Made by a program: the position numbers and the translations under genes. This document shows, one piece after another, positions 48,022-58,623 of a stretch of 64,000 nucleotides of DNA (the stretch's first letter is position 1; every line of letters starts with the position of its first letter). The notes under the pieces are model-generated. The model was not told the origin of the DNA, did not search any database, and saw nothing but the letters and a program-made list of their open reading frames with translations. The stretch is from Candidatus Hydrogenedens sp. Lineage in GTDB: Bacteria; Hydrogenedentota; Hydrogenedentia; Hydrogenedentales; Hydrogenedentaceae. The stretch lies in NCBI GenBank assembly GCA_049968235.1, contig JBMFRC010000008.1:32001-96000 (forward strand), written 5' to 3'.

Positions 48022-51000
48022 TTGGGGTTAAGAGTCCTTTACCTTTCCGATGCAATAAAAAATCCGGATTTTTCAGCACCCCTACACGATGCGGAATTTA
48101 AAGATTACTGGGCAAGGGCTATCTTATCCGGTAATTATACACCTCCACGGAATGAAGGTAATCCATTTATGGAAGGTCATCCCCTTCCCAATCCACCGGG
48201 CTATCCCTTATTCCTTGCATTGATTTATTGGTTAACAGAAGGTAGTTATCTCGCCGTGCGATGGGTTCAAATTTGTATTGGACTTCTTAATATATTCCTT
48301 GTGTATCTATTAGGCAAAAACCTCTTTGATTATAAAGCCGGGCTTTTTTCTGCATTAGGAGTGGCTACCTACTGGGCGTTTGTCCACTATGATATGGAAC
48401 TTAATCAGGTTACCATCTTTATAACCATAAATTTATTATGTTTCAATTTACTTCTACAGGCATATAAAAAAAATAAATTAGGACTACTTTCCTTAGCAGG
48501 TCTTATATTCGGGATGGGGGCATGGTTCCGTGGCGAAGTGTTTATTCTCATTTTCCCGCTAACAATATTTGTTATGTTCCTTTTTTTTCATCCGGGACGG
48601 CTAAAAACTGTTTTTTACACAGGATTGTTATTCTTAGTTTCTGCACTACTATCTGTGCTTCCATTATCTTTATACAATTACTATCTTTGTGGTTCGTTTA
48701 CTTCAGGCTCACATAATAGCGAATGTAGTATCTCCATCGCTTTTCACCCGGACACACCCGAATACGGTTCATATACACCGGAGATGCTTCGATGGCTCAA
48801 TAAAACGCCTGAGGATACGGTGGAAATATTTGATCTGGACGGAATGACCCTTGGCTTAGGAAAACAATTAGGATTGGAACGAAGAGCAACTTATAAGGAA
48901 TGGAAAAATTATCTTATCTCCGGTGCTATACATAATATAAAAACATATCCATGGCTCAATCTTAAAAAATGCTTAAAACGATTTTTATGGACTTTTTCCC
49001 CACAAGAATTGGATGAAAATAAAGTGATTTATTATGAGCGAGAAGTTTCAACAGTACTAAAATACTTACCTCGTTTTCCTCTCGCAATGAGTTTATTCAC
49101 TTTAAGCCTTATTTTACTCGTTATCTCCTTGTCATCAAAAGGGGCTATACCGATAAAAATAAGCACTTGCTCCTGGAAATTCATATTCGTCTTGTTATTT
49201 TTTGTTGCAACAAATATCAGCATTTTTTCGCTTTTGATAGCAGGAAGTCGATATCGTATATCCCTTCTCCCCTATTTTTTTATTTTTGGTGGTATTGTTT
49301 TTTCGTCATTATGGGAAACGGTCTCGAACAAAAGATGGAATTGGGCTACTTTGATTATTTTTGGTTTCCTTATTCTTTTTTCGTTAGCCCATGTTCCATT
49401 TTTCGATTACCAGCCCAACCGCTCCCGATGGTTAGATGAACGGCGAAAATGTTATCAGAGAATTGGAAAGATAGCGGAAGGAGTACAATTCTTTGAAAAA
49501 TGGTTAGAAAAACATTCAGACGCAGATGCTCATTATCACGCGGGGGTCCTTTGTTATGAACTCAATGAACTAACAAAGGCAGAAGAACATTTTTATACTT
49601 GTCTCAAATTATCACCTGACCATCCATCCGCTCCTTATAATTTAGGTTTGATTTTTGCAAAAAGAGGTGATTGGGCAAAAGCAGGAAAATATTTTGAGGA
49701 AGCCGTAAAAAGAAATCCGAGCAAAGCGGATATGTGGTTCGCATTAGGTTGGGCAACTGAAAACAGTGGTGATTTATCTACTGCATTAGAGCATTACACA
49801 CATGCATTGAATATAAATCCACACCATACTCAGGCATTAAATCATAGTGCCGTAATTATGTTTCAAAAAGGGGAAGGAAAAACTGCAAAACAACATCTTG
49901 AACAGGCAATTCGCATTGACCCTAACTATGTAGATGCACGATTTAATTTGGGTCAAATTCTCTTAGCGGAACGGAAACCTGCAGATGCCTTGAAGCAATT
50001 CATGACTGTTAAAGGGAAGTATCAACCGGAACATGAATTATTAAAATGTATAGGATTATGTTATGTCCAGATGCTTGATTATAAGGAGGCACTAAATTAT
50101 CTCTTAAAAGCAAAGGGAATGAACCCCGAGAAATGGGATGCAGAAGATAGTCTTGCTGTCTGTTACGCAGGATTAGGCATGCGAGAAGAATGTATACGAA
50201 CAATTGAAATATTAGAGGATAAATTATCTAATTCAATACAGGTTTTTAATTTGGGGCATGCATGGGAATTACTGGGAGAATGGGATAAAGCAGAAACTTA
50301 TTATAAAACTGTTATTGAAAAAGATAAAAACAATGCAGATACATACGCAGGATTGGGAAATATTTCTTTAATTCGTGGGGACAAAAACTCCGCTTACATG
50401 TATTTCAAACAGGCATTGGAAATTAACCCACATCAAGTTGGGGCATGGTTCAATTTAATTTTATCATGGGTAGAAAATCGAGAATGGGAAAAAGCAAAAA
50501 CACAGTTAATAGAGTTTATAAATTATTATCCCGAACATATAGAGGCATACTATAATTTAGGGATTGTAAATGAAGCCTTAGGCAATATTGAGGATGCAAA
50601 AAAGTCGTATGAAAAAGTGTTAGAAAAGAAATCAGACCATTCAGGGGCTTTATTCTCCCGCGCTACTATTGCTTTATCGGAAATGGATTTAGAAAATGCA
50701 AAAGAACTATTTGAGAAACTTAAGCCTATTGAACCGTTTAAATCTTTATATCATTTAGGAATTGTTTATTCATTAAAGGAGGATTGGAACAATGCACATG
50801 ATTGTTTCTTAAATTCTTTTTTTATAAATCCTCAACCCTTTTATAATGATTATATATATGCGTTTAATATCGGTAGAAGTTATGACCATCTTGACTGCTT
50901 ATATGAGGCGGAGAAATTCTACCGTATTTCTTTTGAATTGAATAATAATTTCGTAGATGCGAAAGATGCCCTCTCTTTTCTTCTTTTTCAACAAGGAAAT

Positions 51001-52014
51001 ACAGAAGAAGCATATTTTTTGTTAAATTCTATATTCTTATATCAAAAACCTACGAACTGGTCATATTACCACTACTCCCTTGTCTGGGAACACATGAATG
51101 AACCCTCAATAGCGTTAAGTTTTGCAGAACAAGCCAATGCGATAATGCCGAATCAGTCGCCAATCCTTCATCAATTAGGGGGATTATATCGCAAATTGAA
51201 AAATTATAATCTCGCCGAACAATATTTAGAGCAGGCAATGACACTTAACCCTCATGACGCAACAATTACAAAAACATTAGCCTTTTTACATTCCGACCTT
51301 GAGCGGTATAAAGAAGCAAAAGAATTGTTCATAACTTGCACAAATTTGCTTCCTGACGACCCGGAGGTGTATGAAGGACTTGCTGATGTCTATATAAAGA
51401 CCGGCGAATTAAAAAAGGCAGAAGAAAACTATCGCAAAGCATTAGCAATCAAGGATACCCCCACAGTAATTAACAAGTTAGGATTATTACTTGCTGATTT
51501 AAATAAAATCTTTGAGAGTGTTGGACTATTGGAAATAGCCGTTAAATACTTTCCGAATGATGCCATCACACTTACACGACTTGCTGACTTGAAAGTGATT
51601 TTACACTCCGATATAGAAGCAAAAACACTTTATGAACGGGCATTGGCAATAGATACTCAAAATTATCTAACTCATAGAAACTATGCAGATTTGTTAGTCC
51701 GTTCCGGTGAATATGAACTTGCCGAAAAACATTACAAACTTGCCATAGAACTTCACCCCAAAGACCCAGTTGCACAAGCAGGACTGGGATTACTATATGC
51801 TCGTATAAATAAATATGAGGAAGCCAAAAAATATTTGATACCTCTGGCACAAGTGAAGACAGATTTACTTAATGTAAACCAACAACTGACTCAGATATTC
51901 CTTTCAGAAAATCAACCTGAAAAAGCCATTAAATACATCAAACGATGTATACTGGCACAACCAGACCGAAAAGAATTCCGTGAACTTCTTCAACAGGCTA
52001 CTCAGATGCGGTAA
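48022..52014 (+). CDS. GT-C fold membrane glycosyltransferase (PMT/ArnT, GT39/GT83-like) fused to a very long C-terminal TPR array
   Basis: The N-terminal ~470 aa are polytopic. They carry a DE-type loop (HDAEF) and the PPGYPLFLALIYWL block typical of ArnT/PMT loop 1. The remaining ~850 aa are tandem TPRs (many W..LG, A...Y.KA repeats). The annotated start is a TTG, and the first TM helix appears to be encoded upstream of it (see findings). Confidence 0.7.
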   Translation: MGLRVLYLSDAIKNPDFSAPLHDAEFKDYWARAILSGNYTPPRNEGNPFMEGHPLPNPPGYPLFLALIYWLTEGSYLAVRWVQICIGLLNIFLVYLLGKNLFDYKAGLFSALGVATYWAFVHYDMELNQVTIFITINLLCFNLLLQAYKKNKLGLLSLAGLIFGMGAWFRGEVFILIFPLTIFVMFLFFHPGRLKTVFYTGLLFLVSALLSVLPLSLYNYYLCGSFTSGSHNSECSISIAFHPDTPEYGSYTPEMLRWLNKTPEDTVEIFDLDGMTLGLGKQLGLERRATYKEWKNYLISGAIHNIKTYPWLNLKKCLKRFLWTFSPQELDENKVIYYEREVSTVLKYLPRFPLAMSLFTLSLILLVISLSSKGAIPIKISTCSWKFIFVLLFFVATNISIFSLLIAGSRYRISLLPYFFIFGGIVFSSLWETVSNKRWNWATLIIFGFLILFSLAHVPFFDYQPNRSRWLDERRKCYQRIGKIAEGVQFFEKWLEKHSDADAHYHAGVLCYELNELTKAEEHFYTCLKLSPDHPSAPYNLGLIFAKRGDWAKAGKYFEEAVKRNPSKADMWFALGWATENSGDLSTALEHYTHALNINPHHTQALNHSAVIMFQKGEGKTAKQHLEQAIRIDPNYVDARFNLGQILLAERKPADALKQFMTVKGKYQPEHELLKCIGLCYVQMLDYKEALNYLLKAKGMNPEKWDAEDSLAVCYAGLGMREECIRTIEILEDKLSNSIQVFNLGHAWELLGEWDKAETYYKTVIEKDKNNADTYAGLGNISLIRGDKNSAYMYFKQALEINPHQVGAWFNLILSWVENREWEKAKTQLIEFINYYPEHIEAYYNLGIVNEALGNIEDAKKSYEKVLEKKSDHSGALFSRATIALSEMDLENAKELFEKLKPIEPFKSLYHLGIVYSLKEDWNNAHDCFLNSFFINPQPFYNDYIYAFNIGRSYDHLDCLYEAEKFYRISFELNNNFVDAKDALSFLLFQQGNTEEAYFLLNSIFLYQKPTNWSYYHYSLVWEHMNEPSIALSFAEQANAIMPNQSPILHQLGGLYRKLKNYNLAEQYLEQAMTLNPHDATITKTLAFLHSDLERYKEAKELFITCTNLLPDDPEVYEGLADVYIKTGELKKAEENYRKALAIKDTPTVINKLGLLLADLNKIFESVGLLEIAVKYFPNDAITLTRLADLKVILHSDIEAKTLYERALAIDTQNYLTHRNYADLLVRSGEYELAEKHYKLAIELHPKDPVAQAGLGLLYARINKYEEAKKYLIPLAQVKTDLLNVNQQLTQIFLSENQPEKAIKYIKRCILAQPDRKEFRELLQQATQMR

Positions 52015-53578
52015 CAGTTTTCGGATGGCTTAAAACCCGCTCCAGATAAGGAATCAGAGTATCCGCCATAATTTTTGCTTTCAGTTTTACCCCTTCCTGA
52101 CGCATGTGACAAATATCACCGAAATATTTTGTGCCCGCAGGCATATTCTCCGCAACCGGAATATAAAGGAGCCCATTATTCTCACAATAATCTCGCAATT
52201 GTTGATTAAATCTCTTCATAACATCGGAATATTGCTGAAAAGAGGAATTCGCCCAGCCCCATTCCTTATCATAATAAAAATCATAATAATCACGTTCCTC
52301 CTTGTTTACTTTTTCACGGTAAGGGACACCAATACTGGAAATACACATATCTATACCCCTTGACAAAAAAGAATGAAGTATATAATCAATATATCTAAAA
52401 ATGTATTGATTGATATATTCATCTATCTCTTCTTGCGGATATTGTAAAACTGACCTTATTTGTCTTCGCATAAATAGAGAGAAAAGTAATGCAATACGTG
52501 TTATTACCCGTTTACTATCAAAAGCATGGGAAAATACTTCGTAAACTACATCGTTAATTCCTTCATATAAAATCACCATGTCAGGTTGAAAATATAAATA
52601 ATCCGGTAATTTCGCACAATGCTTCTTTAAAACCATACCAGAAATACCACAATTAAAGACTTCAATACGATTTTCTCCGAAATGTTTTTTCAATTCTTGC
52701 TCTAAGAATTTTGGATAGGTCTCTTGATTAGAAATACCCTCTTCCGTAGTAGACGCACCAATACACAGGATGCGGAAAACTCCTTCGGGTTTCGGAACCT
52801 TAAAATCTTTATCTCTATAACCAAAATTATTGATTCGAAATGCCATCTCTGTAGAGTTCCGATGAGGCATATAGGAGAAATAATTTATGTCCCATAAGTC
52901 ATTCACAGATAACTTTCCTACCCATGGATTGATAGAATCATTTTTCCCTCTATACGGTAGAGCAAACACATAGAAAGAGTAATTTTCAAGATTTTCGCGT
53001 AAAGGGTAGAAAAAAAATTTATATGGTTTTTCCTGCATCGTCTCATGCCATAAAAAAGCCCTATATGATTGAAACATATCCTTCGGAATTGTCTTTATAA
53101 TTTCTTGATATATCAACAGATTGTCATTAATCCCAAAAGCCTTATCTGTGGGAGAACACGTTATATCAAAACTTTTTTTATTAATGTTGAGTTTGAACTG
53201 CTTTATGTCATAAATAGTTCGGAAAGCCTCCTGAAAAGTTTCATCCTCATCAAAATAGAAGTTAAAACGATAACTCCACATTTCTAATGGGTCGGGCTCT
53301 GGCAGACACCATTCATCGCCAACATATAATTGTTGCAGAGAAAACAAATTTTTCCCCTCCCCATAATGAACTCCTTCTTCTTTACCCTCGTCCCATTCCT
53401 TTATTAACAATTCACCACGACGGATACGAACAAATTTGTTTGTCTTTTCGATATATTTCCACCTTAATCGTTCAAATAATTCTAGAGATAAACAGATGAC
53501 AATAAACCAGAATAAAATGAAAAAACAATAACCCAAGATATAAACAAATCTCTTCGTTTTTTTGTGCTTCAACTCCAT
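51998..53578 (-). CDS. membrane-anchored SGNH/GDSL-family hydrolase (paralog P1)
   Basis: N-terminal TM helix. NNFGYRD motif followed by SGNH blocks I (RILCIGASTTEEG), II (NCGISG), III (YEGINDV) and V (GDICH). Confidence 0.6.
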   Translation of the reverse strand: MELKHKKTKRFVYILGYCFFILFWFIVICLSLELFERLRWKYIEKTNKFVRIRRGELLIKEWDEGKEEGVHYGEGKNLFSLQQLYVGDEWCLPEPDPLEMWSYRFNFYFDEDETFQEAFRTIYDIKQFKLNINKKSFDITCSPTDKAFGINDNLLIYQEIIKTIPKDMFQSYRAFLWHETMQEKPYKFFFYPLRENLENYSFYVFALPYRGKNDSINPWVGKLSVNDLWDINYFSYMPHRNSTEMAFRINNFGYRDKDFKVPKPEGVFRILCIGASTTEEGISNQETYPKFLEQELKKHFGENRIEVFNCGISGMVLKKHCAKLPDYLYFQPDMVILYEGINDVVYEVFSHAFDSKRVITRIALLFSLFMRRQIRSVLQYPQEEIDEYINQYIFRYIDYILHSFLSRGIDMCISSIGVPYREKVNKEERDYYDFYYDKEWGWANSSFQQYSDVMKRFNQQLRDYCENNGLLYIPVAENMPAGTKYFGDICHMRQEGVKLKAKIMADTLIPYLERVLSHPKTVTASE

Positions 53579-55056
53579 TAACTTTTTCCTGATTGTGCTT
53601 TAATATATTTCACCAAATATGGTGTCGCTAATTCTGATTTTTTTCGAATTCCTTGTAATTTTTGATGACATAAATCATTAAAATAGGATGGGGATTCGTT
53701 CTGAAACATTTCATACATCGGGATATATAGAACATTCTCATTATTAAACTTTTTGCTTAACAGTCTATTATATACATCCAGAACATGGCTATACATACGA
53801 TAGTTTACGAAATTACCTCCCCACCATCTTTTTGTAACAAACTGGAAATAATCTTTCTCCTGCCATGTCATCGAGGAATAATTGGGGGCTGGCATACTCA
53901 TTACTGCAAACAATATACCTTTCTGCTGAAGATAATTGTTTATTTTTTCTATCTGGCTTAATATATCTTTATTAATATCACTTTGTATTTGTATGTCGTT
54001 GGGAAGAAAGAATAGGGGAAAAATATTCCGGCATAAATTTGAATGGATAAGTATTTTTTTTATTCCGTTCAGATGATTTAACCAGTAAGGCAGTAAAATG
54101 TGGGTTATATCATTTGCCCCTTCACAATAGAGAACAAGATTTGGTTCCATCAACAGATAATCTGGTAATCTCAGCCATAATTTATGAGCAGAAATGCCCG
54201 GTATTCCAGCATTAATCACTTCAATTTTATATTGTTGCTGGAATTGTTCCAATAAAAGTTTTTCCATGATATTTGGATAGGTTTCTTGCTCTGTAGGACC
54301 CTCTTCTGTGGTCGAACCACCGATACATACAATTCGGAACACACCTAATGGTTTAGGAACTACCACATCCTCATCACGAAATCCAAAATTGTTCGTATGA
54401 AATTCATAAGAGTTCAATTGTGCATGTTTCTTATACTCAAAATAAGGTATTTCCCAGATTCCGTTTCTATCCTTTATATTTCGGGGATAATTATTATTAC
54501 CTGCTTTATACCAGCATACCATGACCCCACGATTTTTCGTGTCCATTTTATAATAAACAAAAAGGTCGGAAATACTTTCCTCACCTTTTGCAAAAGAATG
54601 ATAATATTTTGAATAAACTTCCTGGCTTTGAATTGGTATTTCCTTCTCTAATATATTTATCAGTTCTTCATCAAAGTAATTTTTCGTAGTGGGTTCAGGC
54701 AGGTATGTAATTATCTCTTTTTTATCCATATCTTTTACAAGGGTGGTTATTTGATAAAAAGAAGAAAACAATTGTCTGTCGGTTTCATCCAATTGTAAGA
54801 AAAACTTTGCCCGATTGGCATACCATTGAGACATATCAGGAGAGTGAAACTTTTCTACAGATTGCAGTGGTTTTTGCGACACAACTTCACTGTGGCTCCA
54901 TGGAGGTTTATCATTCAAAGAGGAGATGAGAGGATTCTTTTGTATAACAAGATATTCATATATACGCACTACACATTCAGCAACTGCAATTGCAACAATA
55001 ATCCAGAGAAAAAAAATCAATATTTTACCGATACTTTTTACGAAATGATATTTCAT
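53578..55056 (-). CDS. membrane-anchored SGNH/GDSL-family hydrolase (paralog P2)
   Basis: N-terminal TM helix. NNFGFRD motif followed by blocks I (RIVCIGGSTTEEG), II (NAGIPGIS), III (CEGANDI) and V (NDLCH). Stop overlaps the P1 start by 1 nt. Confidence 0.6.
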   Translation of the reverse strand: MKYHFVKSIGKILIFFLWIIVAIAVAECVVRIYEYLVIQKNPLISSLNDKPPWSHSEVVSQKPLQSVEKFHSPDMSQWYANRAKFFLQLDETDRQLFSSFYQITTLVKDMDKKEIITYLPEPTTKNYFDEELINILEKEIPIQSQEVYSKYYHSFAKGEESISDLFVYYKMDTKNRGVMVCWYKAGNNNYPRNIKDRNGIWEIPYFEYKKHAQLNSYEFHTNNFGFRDEDVVVPKPLGVFRIVCIGGSTTEEGPTEQETYPNIMEKLLLEQFQQQYKIEVINAGIPGISAHKLWLRLPDYLLMEPNLVLYCEGANDITHILLPYWLNHLNGIKKILIHSNLCRNIFPLFFLPNDIQIQSDINKDILSQIEKINNYLQQKGILFAVMSMPAPNYSSMTWQEKDYFQFVTKRWWGGNFVNYRMYSHVLDVYNRLLSKKFNNENVLYIPMYEMFQNESPSYFNDLCHQKLQGIRKKSELATPYLVKYIKAQSGKS

Positions 55057-57269
55057 TGAGGTGCCGGGAAGGTTTGCTGAGGGTTATTTTTCAGTCGCTC
55101 CAATTCCGTGGCAGGACGAAGGTCTGTGGGGTCAAGTTCTATCGCTTTCTGAAAATATTCAATTGCTTTCTCATGATTTCCTAACCCTAAATATGCCCTA
55201 CCCATACAGGTATGAGCAAATGAATCATTGGGTAATAATTGAAATGCCTTTTCCAACGCTGAAATAGCTGATTCATATTGCCCTCGATTAATGTGAATAT
55301 CAGCAATATTAATCCAGTTCCATGGGTATTGTTCCGGTTTCAATTCAACAGCCTTTGTAAACGCTTCGATGGCAAGGTCCCATTCCTGTAATTCTTTATA
55401 GGACATTCCAAGATAGGAGTATGCCTGTGCATAACCGGGGTCAAGTTGAATCACATGTTTGCAGGTATCAACTGCAGACCAATAATCGTTAACTCGCCAG
55501 AATTCCAGAGCCATAGCACATAAATCTTCTAATAAGGCTACCGATTTCTTGTTGTACGTTTTCACAGAGTCCTGTAAAGAAAATATCTGGTGGTAAACAA
55601 CCACTCGCTGAATGCCAGCAAATTCCTCTGCTTTGTAAATAATCCCTTTTTCCTTTAAATATTTTTCAAAATGATAAAGCGGTGCAGACTCAAAATAATC
55701 CCCCTGAACAACAATCCATAATTTTGCATTGGGTCTTCGTACTGGCAACAGTTTTGTAATCAGAAATTCAGCAATTTCGGCAGTATTCTCAAACTGCGAA
55801 CCATAACAAACAACATTGGGCACAGGACCTAAATTGTATAGGAAAACACGCTTCCATAATTCATTGTTTACAAGGATAATGTCTTCCGCTTTTGCATTAT
55901 GCTTGATAAATACACCTGCATTCTTCCAATCGGTGTGTTGCGGTTTCCCGAGGATTAAACTACCCTGGTACAAATACAAAAGTAGAAATGCGGTAAAGAG
56001 CAGTCGTTTTACCCATTTCTTACTTTCCACGCTATTAATAGTATAGCCAATAATCAGATACAGGGCAATCGAACTATGGAGAGTATATCTTGGCATAATA
56101 CAGGGTCGCCATAAGTGCGAAATAAAGTATAAAAATAAAGGAGGAAATAGCCACCAGATACAATAGAGCAGGATAAAAGAATTATTTGTTTTTCCAATAT
56201 TATTCGACTTTAATTCCTTATTATCTTTTTCCCTGAAAAAATAAGTCCAGATAGCCCCGACAAGGCAAAAGACATATAAAACTGCCATTACCCCCCCTAT
56301 AAAATATTGCTGTGATACAATAATCCGTGCAGTTTCTTTGCTAAAAAAATGCATCCAGAAATCGGGTTCCGCACGAAGTTGGTAAGTCCAACCAATACAA
56401 TCATCGGCAACAAGGTCGCCTATAAATTCACGGAGTGTCGGTATCTTCATCCAGGAAGAGGTCATATCCGGCGACCAAAAATTAATAGTTAGAATATACA
56501 ACACAGAAGGTAGTGAAATAAGGAACAGAGGAATAGCCCATTTCATCAGAAAAAGGATTTCTTCCCTCAAATAATCTTTATAAAACCACTCATTCGGTCT
56601 CCCATTGCGGTATCTCCAGGCACGAATGAGCAATCGGTCTACCAGTAAATATACCCCCTGAACCATAACAACCAGAGTCGCAAAGGGATGTGTCCAGAGA
56701 AGGAGAAATGTGATGATAAGGTAATAGATAAATGTTCTTCGTCTCTGTTCGCGATACCAATATATAAAAAAAAGCATGGACAGAATAGATAGGAGGGTGA
56801 ACAAACTATACATTCGTATCTCCTGTGAAAACTGCCGATGTATAGGCGACAGAGCCACGAGAAGACAGGCAATAAGCCCCGTAGAAGCATTAAAACTTAT
56901 ATTTCCTAAAATGTATGTGCTATAAATAACCGTCAATCCAATAAAGACCGAAAGAAGACGGAGAGAATAATATGATTCATCAATATAGGTATGCCAAAAA
57001 TATTCAATAGAATAATATAAAGGCATGGTAGCAGGGTCCATAGAGCGATTCTTTATCAAGAAATGCAGGATATTCATTGAAGGTTCATAATGAACACCCT
57101 GAGCCCAACGCGTAAAATTCGGCGAAGATTCATACTCAGCCAGCGGTTTCAGGTGAACAACACTACTAAATTCGTCCCACCATATAGATTCGTAACTTAA
57201 ACCTACAGAACGATATAAATAACCTGCAAGTAAAATTAAAAATAAATATAGAAATACTTTTGAATTCAT
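55053..57269 (-). CDS. GT-C fold membrane glycosyltransferase (PMT/ArnT-like) with C-terminal TPR domain
   Basis: 738 aa. N-terminal TM helix followed by a SIWWDEF DE-type loop. ~12 TM. C-terminal ~200 aa of TPRs. Overlaps the downstream SGNH gene by 4 nt. Confidence 0.7.
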   Translation of the reverse strand: MNSKVFLYLFLILLAGYLYRSVGLSYESIWWDEFSSVVHLKPLAEYESSPNFTRWAQGVHYEPSMNILHFLIKNRSMDPATMPLYYSIEYFWHTYIDESYYSLRLLSVFIGLTVIYSTYILGNISFNASTGLIACLLVALSPIHRQFSQEIRMYSLFTLLSILSMLFFIYWYREQRRRTFIYYLIITFLLLWTHPFATLVVMVQGVYLLVDRLLIRAWRYRNGRPNEWFYKDYLREEILFLMKWAIPLFLISLPSVLYILTINFWSPDMTSSWMKIPTLREFIGDLVADDCIGWTYQLRAEPDFWMHFFSKETARIIVSQQYFIGGVMAVLYVFCLVGAIWTYFFREKDNKELKSNNIGKTNNSFILLYCIWWLFPPLFLYFISHLWRPCIMPRYTLHSSIALYLIIGYTINSVESKKWVKRLLFTAFLLLYLYQGSLILGKPQHTDWKNAGVFIKHNAKAEDIILVNNELWKRVFLYNLGPVPNVVCYGSQFENTAEIAEFLITKLLPVRRPNAKLWIVVQGDYFESAPLYHFEKYLKEKGIIYKAEEFAGIQRVVVYHQIFSLQDSVKTYNKKSVALLEDLCAMALEFWRVNDYWSAVDTCKHVIQLDPGYAQAYSYLGMSYKELQEWDLAIEAFTKAVELKPEQYPWNWINIADIHINRGQYESAISALEKAFQLLPNDSFAHTCMGRAYLGLGNHEKAIEYFQKAIELDPTDLRPATELERLKNNPQQTFPAPQ

Positions 57270-57405
57270 ACCTAAGTTTTCGTTATCGCTTTATAGCCAA
57301 ATCTTTTTATACCTCAAATTATTTATAATAACATATCATAATAAGGATTGAATATTTGATGAACGCATAATAGATGCTTTTTAATTAAACCTATGGAGTA
57401 CGCCG

Positions 57406-58623
57406 ATGCGATCGTTTTTAAAAAATATATTATTAGCATTAGGGTCAATACTTGTGGTTCTTATATTGACCATGGTATTGGACCGACTGTTAGGGAACAT
57501 CCTGCCCAAGCCATTTCCTGAAGGCACACATGATTTAATTTTTCCTCCCTTATCGCGACAGGAATTCGCCTCAGTTGATTTTAAATATGTGGTAGAAACT
57601 AATTCATTAGGGATTCGGGACCGAGAAATACAAAGACCTAAAAGCAGTAATAGTTACCGCATCATAGCAGTTGGTGATTCCTATACTTACGGTTGGGGCG
57701 TGAATATTGAGGAAACCTGGCTCCGTGGACTGGAACAAAAACTGTTATTGGAGAACAAACAGATTGAAACTGTGAATTTAGGCAAACCCGGGACAGGTCC
57801 TCCTTTCTATGCAGAAATTACCCGCACTATTGTCCCCTTACTTGAACCCGATTTGATACTGGTCGGAATTTTACAGGGAAACGATATTGCTTCTTCAGGA
57901 ACGGAAGGGTTAGAGCAAATGAGTTCGGGATTGGTCCGCTGGACAAAATTATTTTACCCAAACTTTGTCCGTACAGTAGAAATGATGCAATTGACGCGTT
58001 CTCTTGAAACGCGGACACAGGAGCGACCCCCAGAAAAAACAACCGCAGAAGACAACGCAAAATGGTCTGCCAATACCGCAAAGGATTTTTATGAAAAAAT
58101 GTCCGCAGAGGAAAAACAAAGATTTGATAATTTCGATGCCGAAGTAAAACAAGCATTTTTTGATGGGCTATTAAATCCTTATATGATTGACCTTGCATTG
58201 AAGAACAAACACATTTATACACTAACATTAAACCCTGATGACCCATGGATTCAGCAATGTATTGGGAATATGGCAAAAGCATTACAAATCATAAAATCGG
58301 TAGCAAGTCAAAACGATGCTCAAGTTGCTGTCGTTAGTATCCCGGATGGCCCGTATGTGAATGAGGTTGCATGGAAAAATATTCAGCGTGTTGGATTCGA
58401 TGTAGTTCCAGACATGCTAACTTCCGATGCACCCGATAAAGTTATTCAGATTGCTTGTGAAAAGGTAGGTATCCCCTGTTATACCGTCTCCTTTGCATTT
58501 CGCCAGAGAAAACAAGACCCCAACTTGTTCTTTACACTGGATGGGCATTTGACCGCTGAAGGACATAAATTATTAGCAGAGACGCTTGCTCCTCAACTAC
58601 AGAAGTGGCTAACCAAAAAATGA
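57406..58623 (+). CDS. membrane-anchored SGNH/GDSL-family hydrolase (paralog P3)
   Basis: N-terminal TM helix. NSLGIRD motif followed by block I (RIIAVGDSYTYGWG), block III (GNDIAS) and block V (LDGHLTAEGH). Confidence 0.65.
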   Translation: MRSFLKNILLALGSILVVLILTMVLDRLLGNILPKPFPEGTHDLIFPPLSRQEFASVDFKYVVETNSLGIRDREIQRPKSSNSYRIIAVGDSYTYGWGVNIEETWLRGLEQKLLLENKQIETVNLGKPGTGPPFYAEITRTIVPLLEPDLILVGILQGNDIASSGTEGLEQMSSGLVRWTKLFYPNFVRTVEMMQLTRSLETRTQERPPEKTTAEDNAKWSANTAKDFYEKMSAEEKQRFDNFDAEVKQAFFDGLLNPYMIDLALKNKHIYTLTLNPDDPWIQQCIGNMAKALQIIKSVASQNDAQVAVVSIPDGPYVNEVAWKNIQRVGFDVVPDMLTSDAPDKVIQIACEKVGIPCYTVSFAFRQRKQDPNLFFTLDGHLTAEGHKLLAETLAPQLQKWLTKK

